DNA of 64,000 bases from a virus. Taxonomy: Duplodnaviria; Heunggongvirae; Uroviricota; Caudoviricetes. The notes beneath the pieces were generated by a model, which saw only the letters and a program-made list of their open reading frames with translations, made no database searches and was not told the origin of the DNA. How positions within the stretch are numbered: the stretch's first letter is position 1; each line of letters starts with the position of its first letter. Where the stretch lies: positions 21,427 to 85,426 of IMG/VR virus record IMGVR_UViG_3300013121_000012; one strand, 5' to 3'. Shown piece after piece: positions 38,657 to 47,216 of this stretch. Both the position numbers and the translations under genes were made by a program.

Positions 38657-39799
38657 ATGCAAGTTGACTTAAAGAAGATCGAACAATACGTTGCCTCTGG
38701 CAAAGTATCAAAGCGCAAACACCCAACACTCCCTTTGAATATCTACACATATTCGAAGTTAACTGAAATCAATAACGAGTGGGATGAAATCACAGCTATG
38801 TGCCGAGGATTAATTCTCGACTTAAACGGAAACGTTGTCGGAAATCCATGGCCAAAGTTTTTCAACATTGAACAAACTGGCGGATCAGCGCACATTAAGA
38901 AATTATGGTCGCATCCAGAAATTGGACACGATGTAATCAAACATAAGGGAACTGAATACAAGATTCCAGCGGTTGACTATGTTGCTTATGAAAAAATGGA
39001 CGGATCAATCCTCTATGGTTGCCGTTATTTTGACCAAATGGTCTTAGCATCAAAGGGTTCGTTCGAATCTGATCAAGTAAAAGTTGGAGAAAAAATCCTT
39101 AAGGAAAAGTACCCAACATTTATGGTGCCAGAAGGACATACGTTCATCTGGGAAATCATTTATCCAGCGAACCGGATAGTTGTTGACTACGGCGATATGT
39201 GCGATCTAGTTCTTTTAGGTATCCGTAATACGGATCTTAATATGGACTGGTTCGGATATAAAGAATCGTGGCTCAAAATCTTTCCACGACCAACTGTTTA
39301 CGAAAAGACAATTGAAGAACTTCTCGTTGAAAAAGACCGCAAGGACTTCATCAACAAAGAAGGATTCGTAATCCATTTTGAAAATGGCGAAAAGGTTAAG
39401 ATTAAGTATGAAGCTTATTTTGATCTTCACAAGATAATGACTAACGTCACATCAAAGGATATTCTCGAAGCTCTTGAAAAGGGCGACTCAGTCGTTGCTT
39501 TCTGCGAGCAAAAGGATATTCCAGATGAAATGCTTGATGAAATCAAAGCAGTCGAAAAGGACTTTATCAATCGCTACGCCAAAATCGAAGAAGATTGCAA
39601 GTACTATTTGTCTGTTGCTCTCGATAAGAGAGAACGTAAAGCTCAAGCAAAGAACGTCATGGAGTTTACTCCTGAGAATTTACGAGGAATCGTATTCGCT
39701 ATGCTCGACAATAAGGATTATTCAAAGATGATCTTTACTCTGTTGAAGATTGACGAAAAGATGAATCGCAAATTTATTGGAAAAGCAGGAGCGTCGTAA
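38657..39799 (+). CDS. RNA ligase, Rnl1 (T4 RnlA-like) family
   Basis: CRGLILDLNGNVVGNPWPKFFNIEQTG parallels T4 Rnl1 CRGIMFE...PMEKFFNLNENP. RBS aggagg. Confidence 0.75.
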   Translation: MQVDLKKIEQYVASGKVSKRKHPTLPLNIYTYSKLTEINNEWDEITAMCRGLILDLNGNVVGNPWPKFFNIEQTGGSAHIKKLWSHPEIGHDVIKHKGTEYKIPAVDYVAYEKMDGSILYGCRYFDQMVLASKGSFESDQVKVGEKILKEKYPTFMVPEGHTFIWEIIYPANRIVVDYGDMCDLVLLGIRNTDLNMDWFGYKESWLKIFPRPTVYEKTIEELLVEKDRKDFINKEGFVIHFENGEKVKIKYEAYFDLHKIMTNVTSKDILEALEKGDSVVAFCEQKDIPDEMLDEIKAVEKDFINRYAKIEEDCKYYLSVALDKRERKAQAKNVMEFTPENLRGIVFAMLDNKDYSKMIFTLLKIDEKMNRKFIGKAGAS

Positions 39800-39822
39800 G
39801 ACGCTCTTTTAAAGGAACTAAT

Positions 39823-40410
39823 ATGCAAGAAGTATATATCTTACGCGGAGTGCCAGCTTCAGGAAAATCAACCTGGGCAAGAGCATTCGTAAAACAAAAC
39901 CGAGATTTCGTAATCATATCTCGCGATGGAATCCGTGAAATGATCGGAGACTATTCACACTCACCACAAACAGAGAATCTCGTTACGAAGTTATATGATA
40001 AGATGGTTAAAGAACTCCTTTCTATGAAGAAGTCTTTGATCCTCGACAACTGTCATGCGCAACCAAAGTACATTTCAGAAACTCTCAAGTTGATCGAAGG
40101 AACTCGTCTCAACGTTAAAGTCACACTCAAAGAGTTTGAATATGATGTCGAGACATGCGTTGAGCGTGATGCAAAACGTGAACGTACTGTCGGTCGTGAA
40201 GTAATCGAAAAGATGGATCGTGCTATCCGCCAAAATCCATTCAAACACGTCGAAAAGATGGTGAATGAATGGAAGGCGAGTGTCGCCTCCAATCCTGATA
40301 CGAAGAGAGCGTGGAGCAATCCTACACTCAACTTCAAACCAGGATTGCCTTTAGCGGTAATTTTTGATATAGATGGTACATTAGCTCACATTTCTAGAAA
40401 GATCCAATAA
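39823..40410 (+). CDS. polynucleotide 5'-kinase domain of Pnk (T4 PseT-like), ends in the HAD DxDGT motif
   Basis: P-loop GVPASGKST. The C-terminus ...VIFDIDGTLAHI then reaches a stop, so the phosphatase domain is cut off after motif I. Confidence 0.75.
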   Translation: MQEVYILRGVPASGKSTWARAFVKQNRDFVIISRDGIREMIGDYSHSPQTENLVTKLYDKMVKELLSMKKSLILDNCHAQPKYISETLKLIEGTRLNVKVTLKEFEYDVETCVERDAKRERTVGREVIEKMDRAIRQNPFKHVEKMVNEWKASVASNPDTKRAWSNPTLNFKPGLPLAVIFDIDGTLAHISRKIQ

Positions 40411-40429
40411 TATAATAAAATATATTATT

Positions 40430-41092
40430 GTGAAAGTAAAACAGAAATGCTCGATATGCGGCCATGATTATGAGTGCTTTCCTAGTGCAATAAAACTAGG
40501 AAAAAGCACATGTTCGAAAAAGTGCTCATATATACTTCGAGGTAATAAACGAGCGAATGATTTATCTGGAAAAAAATTCAGACATTTGACGGCCATCAAA
40601 AGAGTACAAAATAAAAATGGAAAAGTTTTTTGGTCAGTACTTTGTGATTGTGGAAATACCTCAGAGGTTGATGCGAATGCTTTAACAAGAATCGACGGTA
40701 AAGGCGCTGTATCTTGTGGTTGCATGAATTTTCGCAAGGGAAAAGAAAGTTCAAATTGGAAAAGTCCAAACGAAATATCTCACGCTTATTTTTTCCGAAC
40801 ACAATGTAATGCAAAAAGAAGAAAACTCGAATTTTCTATAACAATAGAAGAAACTTTCGAGATATTCAAAAATCAAAATCGTCTCTGTCGAATCAGTGGA
40901 ATGCCTATTTCTTTAGGCCAAAATATGAGAACGATGACAGCTTCTTTAGATCGAATCGATTCATCTAAAGGATATATCAAAGGCAATGTTCAATGGCTTC
41001 ATAAAGACATCAATCGTCTTAAGAGCAATTGGAATCAAAAAGTTTTTATAGAACTTTGCAAAAAGGTAGCAAATTATGAAAGAAAAATATGA
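40430..41092 (+). CDS. HNH homing endonuclease inserted inside the pnk gene
   Basis: ...ASLDRIDSSKGYIKGNVQWLHKDIN: an HNH_3-type motif, plus a Cys-rich N-terminus. Confidence 0.6.
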   Translation: MKVKQKCSICGHDYECFPSAIKLGKSTCSKKCSYILRGNKRANDLSGKKFRHLTAIKRVQNKNGKVFWSVLCDCGNTSEVDANALTRIDGKGAVSCGCMNFRKGKESSNWKSPNEISHAYFFRTQCNAKRRKLEFSITIEETFEIFKNQNRLCRISGMPISLGQNMRTMTASLDRIDSSKGYIKGNVQWLHKDINRLKSNWNQKVFIELCKKVANYERKI

Positions 41093-41456
41093 CAACTCGA
41101 TGCGCTCTCCATTTGATTGGAAACGAGTCGGAGAAGATGTTGTAGATCCGGTCGTAAGATGGATGCTAGAACGTTTTCAAAATGAAGCAAAAATAATAAT
41201 CGTATCAGGAAGAGATTCTGTTTGTCGAAAAGAAACAGAAGATTGGCTTCTTGAAAATGGAATTCTTTATGATGAGTTATTTATGCGCGGAGAAAATGAT
41301 ATGCGCAAAGATTCAATCATTAAAAGAGAAATCTATGAAAACTATATTAAAGACAAGTATAACGTTATGTTAGTTGTTGACGATAGACAACAGGTCGTTG
41401 ATACTTGGAGGGAAATGGGAATGAAAGTTGCCCAAGTGGAACCTGGAGATTTCTAA
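41076..41456 (+). CDS. polynucleotide 3'-phosphatase domain of Pnk (continuation of 39823..40410)
   Basis: RSPFDWKRVGEDVVDPVV...IIIVSGRD...VVDDRQQVVDTWREMGMKVAQV aligns with T4 Pnk GPYDLEKCDTDVINPMV...VVVSGRE...[21 protein letters not shown]. Confidence 0.75.
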   Translation: MKEKYDNSMRSPFDWKRVGEDVVDPVVRWMLERFQNEAKIIIVSGRDSVCRKETEDWLLENGILYDELFMRGENDMRKDSIIKREIYENYIKDKYNVMLVVDDRQQVVDTWREMGMKVAQVEPGDF

Positions 41457-41803
41457 TGGCAGTAAAAATAGAACTCGAAATCAATGATAGCGGTCAGTTA
41501 GTTGACGCTATCATTGACATGTCTATGTTAGCTACTGAAAGAGAAACAAAAGAACTTCGGTTACAATACAGAAAACAAACAGATCTAGCAATAAACAAGC
41601 TGTGTGCTCTTTTTGAAAAGCATCACAAAGATTTCAGCGACAGAGACTTCCTTCTGCTAAGAAGGTTCCTTTATAAAGTCAATAAATACGACCCATTCGA
41701 AGATGTCTCTGATGAATTCATAGATCGTTGTGAAAAAGTTAACTATAAGATTCCTCGCGATTTCGATAAATCAGGTAATCTAATTCCTGATCCGTCTTTC
41801 TAA
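41456..41803 (+). CDS. hypothetical protein
   Basis: Start trimmed. Confidence 0.35.
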   Translation: MAVKIELEINDSGQLVDAIIDMSMLATERETKELRLQYRKQTDLAINKLCALFEKHHKDFSDRDFLLLRRFLYKVNKYDPFEDVSDEFIDRCEKVNYKIPRDFDKSGNLIPDPSF

Positions 41804-41827
41804 AAAACAAGATATAATGGAGTAACA

Positions 41828-42034
41828 ATGGAACCAGCAAGTGGAGTATTCGTTCTCTTAGAAAAACGAAAATGGGGATGGTTTACGTACTGGAAGCGAG
41901 TCGTAAAGATTGTAGCCGACGATGTCAATACATTCCGTCATGCAGTCGAGACAGTTCCAGGAACTGTGATTCTCGACCCCGACACAGACGCTCTTATCAA
42001 AGAAATTCCTGCGATAGGAGAGGAGACAGAATGA
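41828..42034 (+). CDS. hypothetical small protein
   Basis: ORF. Confidence 0.3.
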   Translation: MEPASGVFVLLEKRKWGWFTYWKRVVKIVADDVNTFRHAVETVPGTVILDPDTDALIKEIPAIGEETE

Positions 42035-42870
42035 AGAAACTATTGATTGCGATTTTATTCGCATCAGCATCTATCTTTTCCGCAGTCTCATGTCAAAGTG
42101 AGAAAGAAAAAGAGAATGCAAAACTAACGGCGAAACTCGAGGAAATGAAACAATGCCTCAAGTACACAGACCAAGAAGCGTGCGAAGTAAAGATCGGAAT
42201 GAAGATCTACAAACACGAGACTGGAAACTTTATCTTTAAAGATTCTGAAACTGACAAGTTTGTTTTACCGGTACCACCTCAAACAGGGCAACCGCAAGGA
42301 CAACCTCAGATTCAAACCTTTAATCAATATCCTCCAGCACCTGTCGTGAATAACTATTATCCTCCACAACAGTACCATCACGGAAATTCAGATTTCTTTT
42401 TTGGTGCGATGCTCGGAATGGCGCTGTCACATGGATCTTATTATCCACCTTCAGCGTATCATAATGGAGTAATTGTAAACCGAACAACTGTTATTAACAA
42501 CAACACTCGCTCATATTCTCCAAGCGCCGATCGTCAATGGCGACAAGAACGTACAGCAAAGATGGAACGTTATCAGCGAATGGAACATGCTCGTAATCAG
42601 CGAGCCGAACAAATTCGTCAAGAACGCCAAGTTAAAAGAGAACGTGCAGAACGTGCACGAGAATTGAAAGCGCAGCGATCTGATCCGAATTATCGCGCAG
42701 AACAACGCCGTCAGCGAAATGCAGAAGTTCATGGTCGTTCATCAAGCAGAAGTTCATCATACAGCTCAAGCAGCCGATCAAGTTCGTCTTATGGATCTTC
42801 AAACAGAAGTTCATCATACGGATCAAGCAGCCGATCAAGTTCATATTCAAGTGGCGGAAGACGCCGATAA
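42031..42870 (+). CDS. lipoprotein with Pro/Gln-rich, Arg/Glu-rich and C-terminal Ser-rich tandem repeats
   Basis: MKKLLIAILFASASIFSAVSC lipobox; RSSSY(G/S)SS repeats encoded by a ~57-nt tandem DNA repeat. Confidence 0.5.
   Translation: MKKLLIAILFASASIFSAVSCQSEKEKENAKLTAKLEEMKQCLKYTDQEACEVKIGMKIYKHETGNFIFKDSETDKFVLPVPPQTGQPQGQPQIQTFNQYPPAPVVNNYYPPQQYHHGNSDFFFGAMLGMALSHGSYYPPSAYHNGVIVNRTTVINNNTRSYSPSADRQWRQERTAKMERYQRMEHARNQRAEQIRQERQVKRERAERARELKAQRSDPNYRAEQRRQRNAEVHGRSSSRSSSYSSSSRSSSSYGSSNRSSSYGSSSRSSSYSSGGRRR
42747..42860 (+). repeat. 2 x ~57-nt tandem direct repeat (inside lipoprotein gene)
   Basis: cagaagttcatcatac(a/g)g(c/a)tcaagcagccgatcaagttc... occurs twice. Confidence 0.6.
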
Positions 42871-42907
42871 AATTCAGAGAGGAGATTCTCCTCTCAACGC
42901 AATACTA

Positions 42908-43366
42908 ATGAAAGAGGATTCTCTTTCTGACTGGAAAACAATGGCAGACATAAAACAGATCGCTCCACTAAAACCTATTGCCGCAGATGGAATACCGACA
43001 ATTTTCAAATTATTGTCCGGAGTCGCAGCACAAGGTTTATATCATCTTCCAATGGGAGCAGACATCGTAAAAGCCGGAGTGAGTTCTAGAGGATATTCTA
43101 CTTTCGAAGAAGAAATACTTAAAATAAAAACCGCTATGAAATGCAACGCAAAAGAAACCGCTGAAAAAATTCTAGAATGCTTGGACATAATCCAAGAATC
43201 TGCTGAAGAATTAGAAGAGAATCCTGATGAAACGCAAGTCGAAGAATTGTCAGCGAGAATTTACTCGGCGAATCAAGACATCATAAAAATCATGAATGCG
43301 TTCAGTGTTTCCGACGCAGAATACAGAAAGAAATTAAAGGCGATGCCAAGGAAGAAGTTCATATAA
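42908..43366 (+). CDS. hypothetical protein
   Basis: Start trimmed; the upstream part of the track ORF is an out-of-frame read-through of the lipoprotein repeats. Confidence 0.35.
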   Translation: MKEDSLSDWKTMADIKQIAPLKPIAADGIPTIFKLLSGVAAQGLYHLPMGADIVKAGVSSRGYSTFEEEILKIKTAMKCNAKETAEKILECLDIIQESAEELEENPDETQVEELSARIYSANQDIIKIMNAFSVSDAEYRKKLKAMPRKKFI

Positions 43367-43611
43367 TGCCATTCTTCAGAAAAATCACTAAGACTCGTCA
43401 AGTTCACTATATACATAATAGTGGGCGAGATGCTTCTTACAAAGCGTCGAAGTCTCAAAAAGAAATTATAGAAGATCTAGAAGAATCAAATAATATTCTG
43501 ATTGAAGAGAATATGGAACTAAAGACAAAACTGTTAGCGGTTGAATTTGTTTTAACTGTTACTGGTCTTTTATTCGGCTGGTTCTTAAACAAAACCTATC
43601 GTTGGTTTTAA
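43366..43611 (+). CDS. small membrane-anchored protein
   Basis: C-terminal TM segment. Confidence 0.3.
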   Translation: MPFFRKITKTRQVHYIHNSGRDASYKASKSQKEIIEDLEESNNILIEENMELKTKLLAVEFVLTVTGLLFGWFLNKTYRWF

Positions 43612-43620
43612 GAAGGTAAT

Positions 43621-44679
43621 ATGGAATGGAAAGTATACAAAAGCAAAGTTGAAGTCTTTCCTCATAAAGGGGCAGACAAACTAGAACTCGTAAAAGCGGG
43701 ACTATATCAGTTCGTCACGCAAAAAGGACTATATAAAACAGGCGACGATGCATTCGTTATACCTGAGAAAAGTGTTCTACCAGATGCCCTAAAACCGCAT
43801 TGGGAACAGTTCCTGAAAGGACCGGATAAAAACCGCGTAGGTTCTATTCGTCTCAGAAATGAAGCATCTCAAGGAATTCTGCTTTCAATGGACAAAGCAA
43901 AAGAAATATTTGCTGACATCGAAACAGCGGAATATGGAACGGACGTAAGTGAATTCCTCGGAATTACAAAATACGAACCACCAATTCCTCCACAATTCGC
44001 CGGTCAAATGAAACCACTTCAAGGAGAGAAACACTTCTTCGATTGTACTCATTTCAGTATCTATGAAAATGAATTCAGAGAAGAGGACGATGTTATCGTC
44101 ACAGAGAAACTTCACGGAACACAATGTAACTATCAATATAACATCCTTACTGGCGAAGAACAAATCACATCGAAAGGATTACTTCAAAAAGATATTTGCA
44201 TTGTTGAAAATCCAGACAACATTTACTGGAGGGCAATCCGTGAAAGCAAAGTAAAAGAATGGATCGACGAATGGATCTCATGTCTTCCTGCCGGAGATGA
44301 ATTCAAAAAAGTTCAAATAACTGGAGAAGTTATTCCGTGTCAAAAAGGATATTCTTATGGTCTAACGAAACCAAAGTTCTTCATTTTTAACATTGCAGTA
44401 TGGGAAGTTGATGAATCATTTTCAACGTGGTTCCCGGATGAAGATGAGATACTTCCATTCGACAAAGCTCCAATTCTTTTCGCTGGAAAATATGCTGATG
44501 TTTGTTACAGACTCCAAGAGATGTGCGAAGGAATGGAAACGGTTTCTGGAAAAGGATTACACATCCGCGAAGGAATCGTTGTTCGTCCAGTTCCAGATCG
44601 CAGAACACATTCTGGTGAATGGCTTCGTTTGAAAGTCATCAATCCAAAATACAAAGAGGATGGAGAAGAGTTGTCATGA
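43621..44679 (+). CDS. ATP-dependent RNA/DNA ligase-family nucleotidyltransferase (Rnl2-like motifs)
   Basis: TEKLHGTQ (motif I, KxHG as in Rnl2 KIHGTN), EGIVVRP (motif IV) and WLRLKVINPKYK (motif V). Confidence 0.45.
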   Translation: MEWKVYKSKVEVFPHKGADKLELVKAGLYQFVTQKGLYKTGDDAFVIPEKSVLPDALKPHWEQFLKGPDKNRVGSIRLRNEASQGILLSMDKAKEIFADIETAEYGTDVSEFLGITKYEPPIPPQFAGQMKPLQGEKHFFDCTHFSIYENEFREEDDVIVTEKLHGTQCNYQYNILTGEEQITSKGLLQKDICIVENPDNIYWRAIRESKVKEWIDEWISCLPAGDEFKKVQITGEVIPCQKGYSYGLTKPKFFIFNIAVWEVDESFSTWFPDEDEILPFDKAPILFAGKYADVCYRLQEMCEGMETVSGKGLHIREGIVVRPVPDRRTHSGEWLRLKVINPKYKEDGEELS

Positions 44680-45065
44680 GAAGTATAAGACTTGAAAAAA
44701 TCTGGTGGTATCGCGGTTACAAATGCGCGGTCATCTTAACAAGAACAAGAGAAGAAAATTGGAGATGCGGTTACGTACGCGTTACTCGTTTCCATAACGC
44801 GTTCGAAGAAGATTACGAACTCATGCCAAAGACAAGTATTCACGAAGGTCTTAGCGATTCAGGTTATGATCTTCCGTTCCAACGAGCTTCTGTTTGGCAG
44901 AAATTTCTTAATTGGCTTGGTGGAAAATTCAAGCTTACTTGGTGGTTCGGATTCGACTGCGCTCATGCAGTTGATGAAGGCAACCCAAAAGATATCGATT
45001 TCTGCATAAAGGAATGTGAAGGATTGGTCGATGACTTGATCCTCATGCAAAAAGGCGAGTTATGA
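44676..45065 (+). CDS. hypothetical protein
   Basis: Start trimmed. Confidence 0.3.
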   Translation: MRSIRLEKIWWYRGYKCAVILTRTREENWRCGYVRVTRFHNAFEEDYELMPKTSIHEGLSDSGYDLPFQRASVWQKFLNWLGGKFKLTWWFGFDCAHAVDEGNPKDIDFCIKECEGLVDDLILMQKGEL

Positions 45066-45367
45066 TCGTTAAAGCGAGAAGAATTGAATCGGAAGAATTC
45101 TTTTTTTACGACGGCACACAAGAATCTTTCGAGGAATTTCTTAAATGGGTTCCTCCAATGTACTACATCAATGGATGTCCGCAAAAAGGAAGTGTAGAAA
45201 GACGCAACGAAGGAAAAGGATCAGACAGAGAAATCTGGTGCTCAGGATGGAAACAATTCATTCGAATAAAACCTAATTTCTACGTTCATAAAAAATCATT
45301 TCCATCCGACTCGTGTATTTGGTCAGAAGAAAAATTCAAACAATATTACAAGAAGACACGAAAATGA
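45062..45367 (+). CDS. hypothetical protein
   Basis: ORF. Confidence 0.3.
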   Translation: MIVKARRIESEEFFFYDGTQESFEEFLKWVPPMYYINGCPQKGSVERRNEGKGSDREIWCSGWKQFIRIKPNFYVHKKSFPSDSCIWSEEKFKQYYKKTRK

Positions 45368-45579
45368 TCAAAGCAATCAGAAGATGGTGGATAAAAACTG
45401 GAATCGACGCCTGTTACAAAGAATACGAAAATCTGAATCATTTTTGGAAGTTCGAATGTTCTAATTTTTTTAGAGGGCCACAATCGGCAAAAAGAAATCG
45501 TGTGCGAGCTCATCAATGGCAACATAGAATAGATGAAAGACTCGATAAACTCGAAGCAAAATTGAAGGAACTAAAATGA
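45364..45579 (+). CDS. hypothetical small protein
   Basis: Start trimmed. Confidence 0.3.
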   Translation: MIKAIRRWWIKTGIDACYKEYENLNHFWKFECSNFFRGPQSAKRNRVRAHQWQHRIDERLDKLEAKLKELK

Positions 45580-46379
45580 ATAACAGCAAAGACAGTCTCG
45601 GCGATCGCATGAAGGGATATGAAAATATCTGGAAGACAAAACTTCCACGTCGCCTTCCAATGATCATGAGAGTGGATGGAAAAGCATTTCACACATACAC
45701 TCGCGACTGTGAAAAACCATTCGATAAAAGACTTGCTGATCTTATGGATGCAACAGCGAAGCATCTTTGTGAGAATATCCAGGGTGCTCAGATCGCATAC
45801 GTTCAAAGTGATGAGATAACAATTCTCGTTCATGACTACAAGACTCTTCAGAGTGATGCGTGGTTCGATAAAGAACTTCAGAAGATGTGTTCAATCTCTG
45901 CGGCATTAGCAAGTACGTTCTTTACTGTTAATAGCCACAAATTGTGGAAATATGATGATGCAGATCTACCGTCTGGAATGAACAGAATCAAAACTGCTCT
46001 CTTTGATTCTCGTTGCTTCATTGTACCAGAACATGACGTTGTCAACAACTTTATTTGGAGACAGCAAGACGCAGTACGTAACAGCATTCAAATGCTTGCT
46101 CGTTCTCTTTACTCACACAACGAATGCAACAATAAAAATCAGGCGGCTCTTCAGGAGATGATTCACCAGAAAGGCCAAAACTGGAATGATGTTCCTACTG
46201 GCTTCAAACGTGGTCGCTGCGTATACAAGAAACCATTTTATGTTGTCAGCGATGAACGCATGCACGATGAAGATGTTGTACGCAACAAGTGGATTATCGA
46301 TTCAGAAATTCCTACGTTTACTGTTGACAGAGATTTTATAGGAAAATGGTTAGCAGTTAATGAGGAAAAAAATGATTGA
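45576..46379 (+). CDS. Thg1-like protein (tRNA-His guanylyltransferase family, 3'-5' nucleotidyltransferase)
   Basis: N-terminus DRMKGYE...PMIMRVDGKAFHTYT parallels the Thg1 RIDGKKFHEFS core, and SDEITILV parallels the Thg1 SDEYSF block. Confidence 0.65.
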   Translation: MNNSKDSLGDRMKGYENIWKTKLPRRLPMIMRVDGKAFHTYTRDCEKPFDKRLADLMDATAKHLCENIQGAQIAYVQSDEITILVHDYKTLQSDAWFDKELQKMCSISAALASTFFTVNSHKLWKYDDADLPSGMNRIKTALFDSRCFIVPEHDVVNNFIWRQQDAVRNSIQMLARSLYSHNECNNKNQAALQEMIHQKGQNWNDVPTGFKRGRCVYKKPFYVVSDERMHDEDVVRNKWIIDSEIPTFTVDRDFIGKWLAVNEEKND

Positions 46380-46803
46380 AATAGATTTGAAAAGACTTCG
46401 TCAAAACGAAAAAATTAATTTTCGAATTGCTTATGAAATTAACGGAGATTGGATCCAAACAAAACCCGTTGAGGTATTTATTGAAACGATTCCGACTACG
46501 ATCATGATTATTGATCACATAGAAAAAGAAATAAAACCTATCAAAGGTGAAAGTCGTTTAAGCGACTATATATTTCGAAAATTACTTGAGCTCAAAAATG
46601 ATATGCGTCTTATTCTAAATGTAGATAAAGAAAACGGAGAAGTTCTCAATTCAGAAGAATTTATAGTAAGAAAAAATTCTCCTATAGCGTTTCCAAGAGA
46701 TTCATACGGAGTGCCATTTTTAAAAGAGGAAGGGAAACGATACGCAATTAATTTCGACATTATAGAAAGAGTTACTCGCGGATTAAGATATGGAATTGTG
46801 TGA
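46360..46803 (+). CDS. hypothetical protein
   Basis: ORF. Confidence 0.3.
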   Translation: MRKKMIEIDLKRLRQNEKINFRIAYEINGDWIQTKPVEVFIETIPTTIMIIDHIEKEIKPIKGESRLSDYIFRKLLELKNDMRLILNVDKENGEVLNSEEFIVRKNSPIAFPRDSYGVPFLKEEGKRYAINFDIIERVTRGLRYGIV

Positions 46804-47071
46804 ATTATGCCAACTAGAATCGAATAATTTAACTAAACATCATCTGATTCCACGAACACTGCACTCGAACAAGTGGTTTAAACAACGATACACTAAAGAA
46901 CAGTTGCATGAAGGAATTATGGTCGATCGTGATTGCCATAATGAAATACACAAGTTGCATGACAATAAGCATCTTGCAAAAGTGCTTAATACTCTGGATA
47001 AATTGCGATCAGATGAGAAGATAGCAAAATACGTTTCTTGGAAAAAGAAGAGATATAATAAACATGGGTGA
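46790..47071 (+). CDS. small HNH endonuclease
   Basis: CELCQ...HHLIP...H motifs. Confidence 0.5.
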   Translation: MELCELCQLESNNLTKHHLIPRTLHSNKWFKQRYTKEQLHEGIMVDRDCHNEIHKLHDNKHLAKVLNTLDKLRSDEKIAKYVSWKKKRYNKHG

Positions 47072-47216
47072 ATTACTTCATATTCTGGGTTTTTGCCCAG
47101 ACCGCTTCGCACATTTCAGTCTTACGACTCTTTTGTGTACAAACGAAATACTATTCACAATTTATTACTTGTGGCTTAAGTTCAGAACGTCCTTCTAGCC
47201 ACCAAAGGTGGTTAAA

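Noticed and set aside
40396-41099. Calling the pnk interruption a definite self-splicing group I intron.
   Set aside because: The endonuclease ORF fills almost the entire intervening segment, and I could not identify P3-P7 core elements by eye. I left the call as intron or split-gene alternatives rather than asserting an intron.
42719-42907. N-terminal part of track ORF 42719..43366 (repetitive VHHTAQAADQV...).
   Set aside because: It is an alternate-frame read of the lipoprotein gene's tandem DNA repeat. The real gene probably starts at the ATG at 42908, after the lipoprotein stop.
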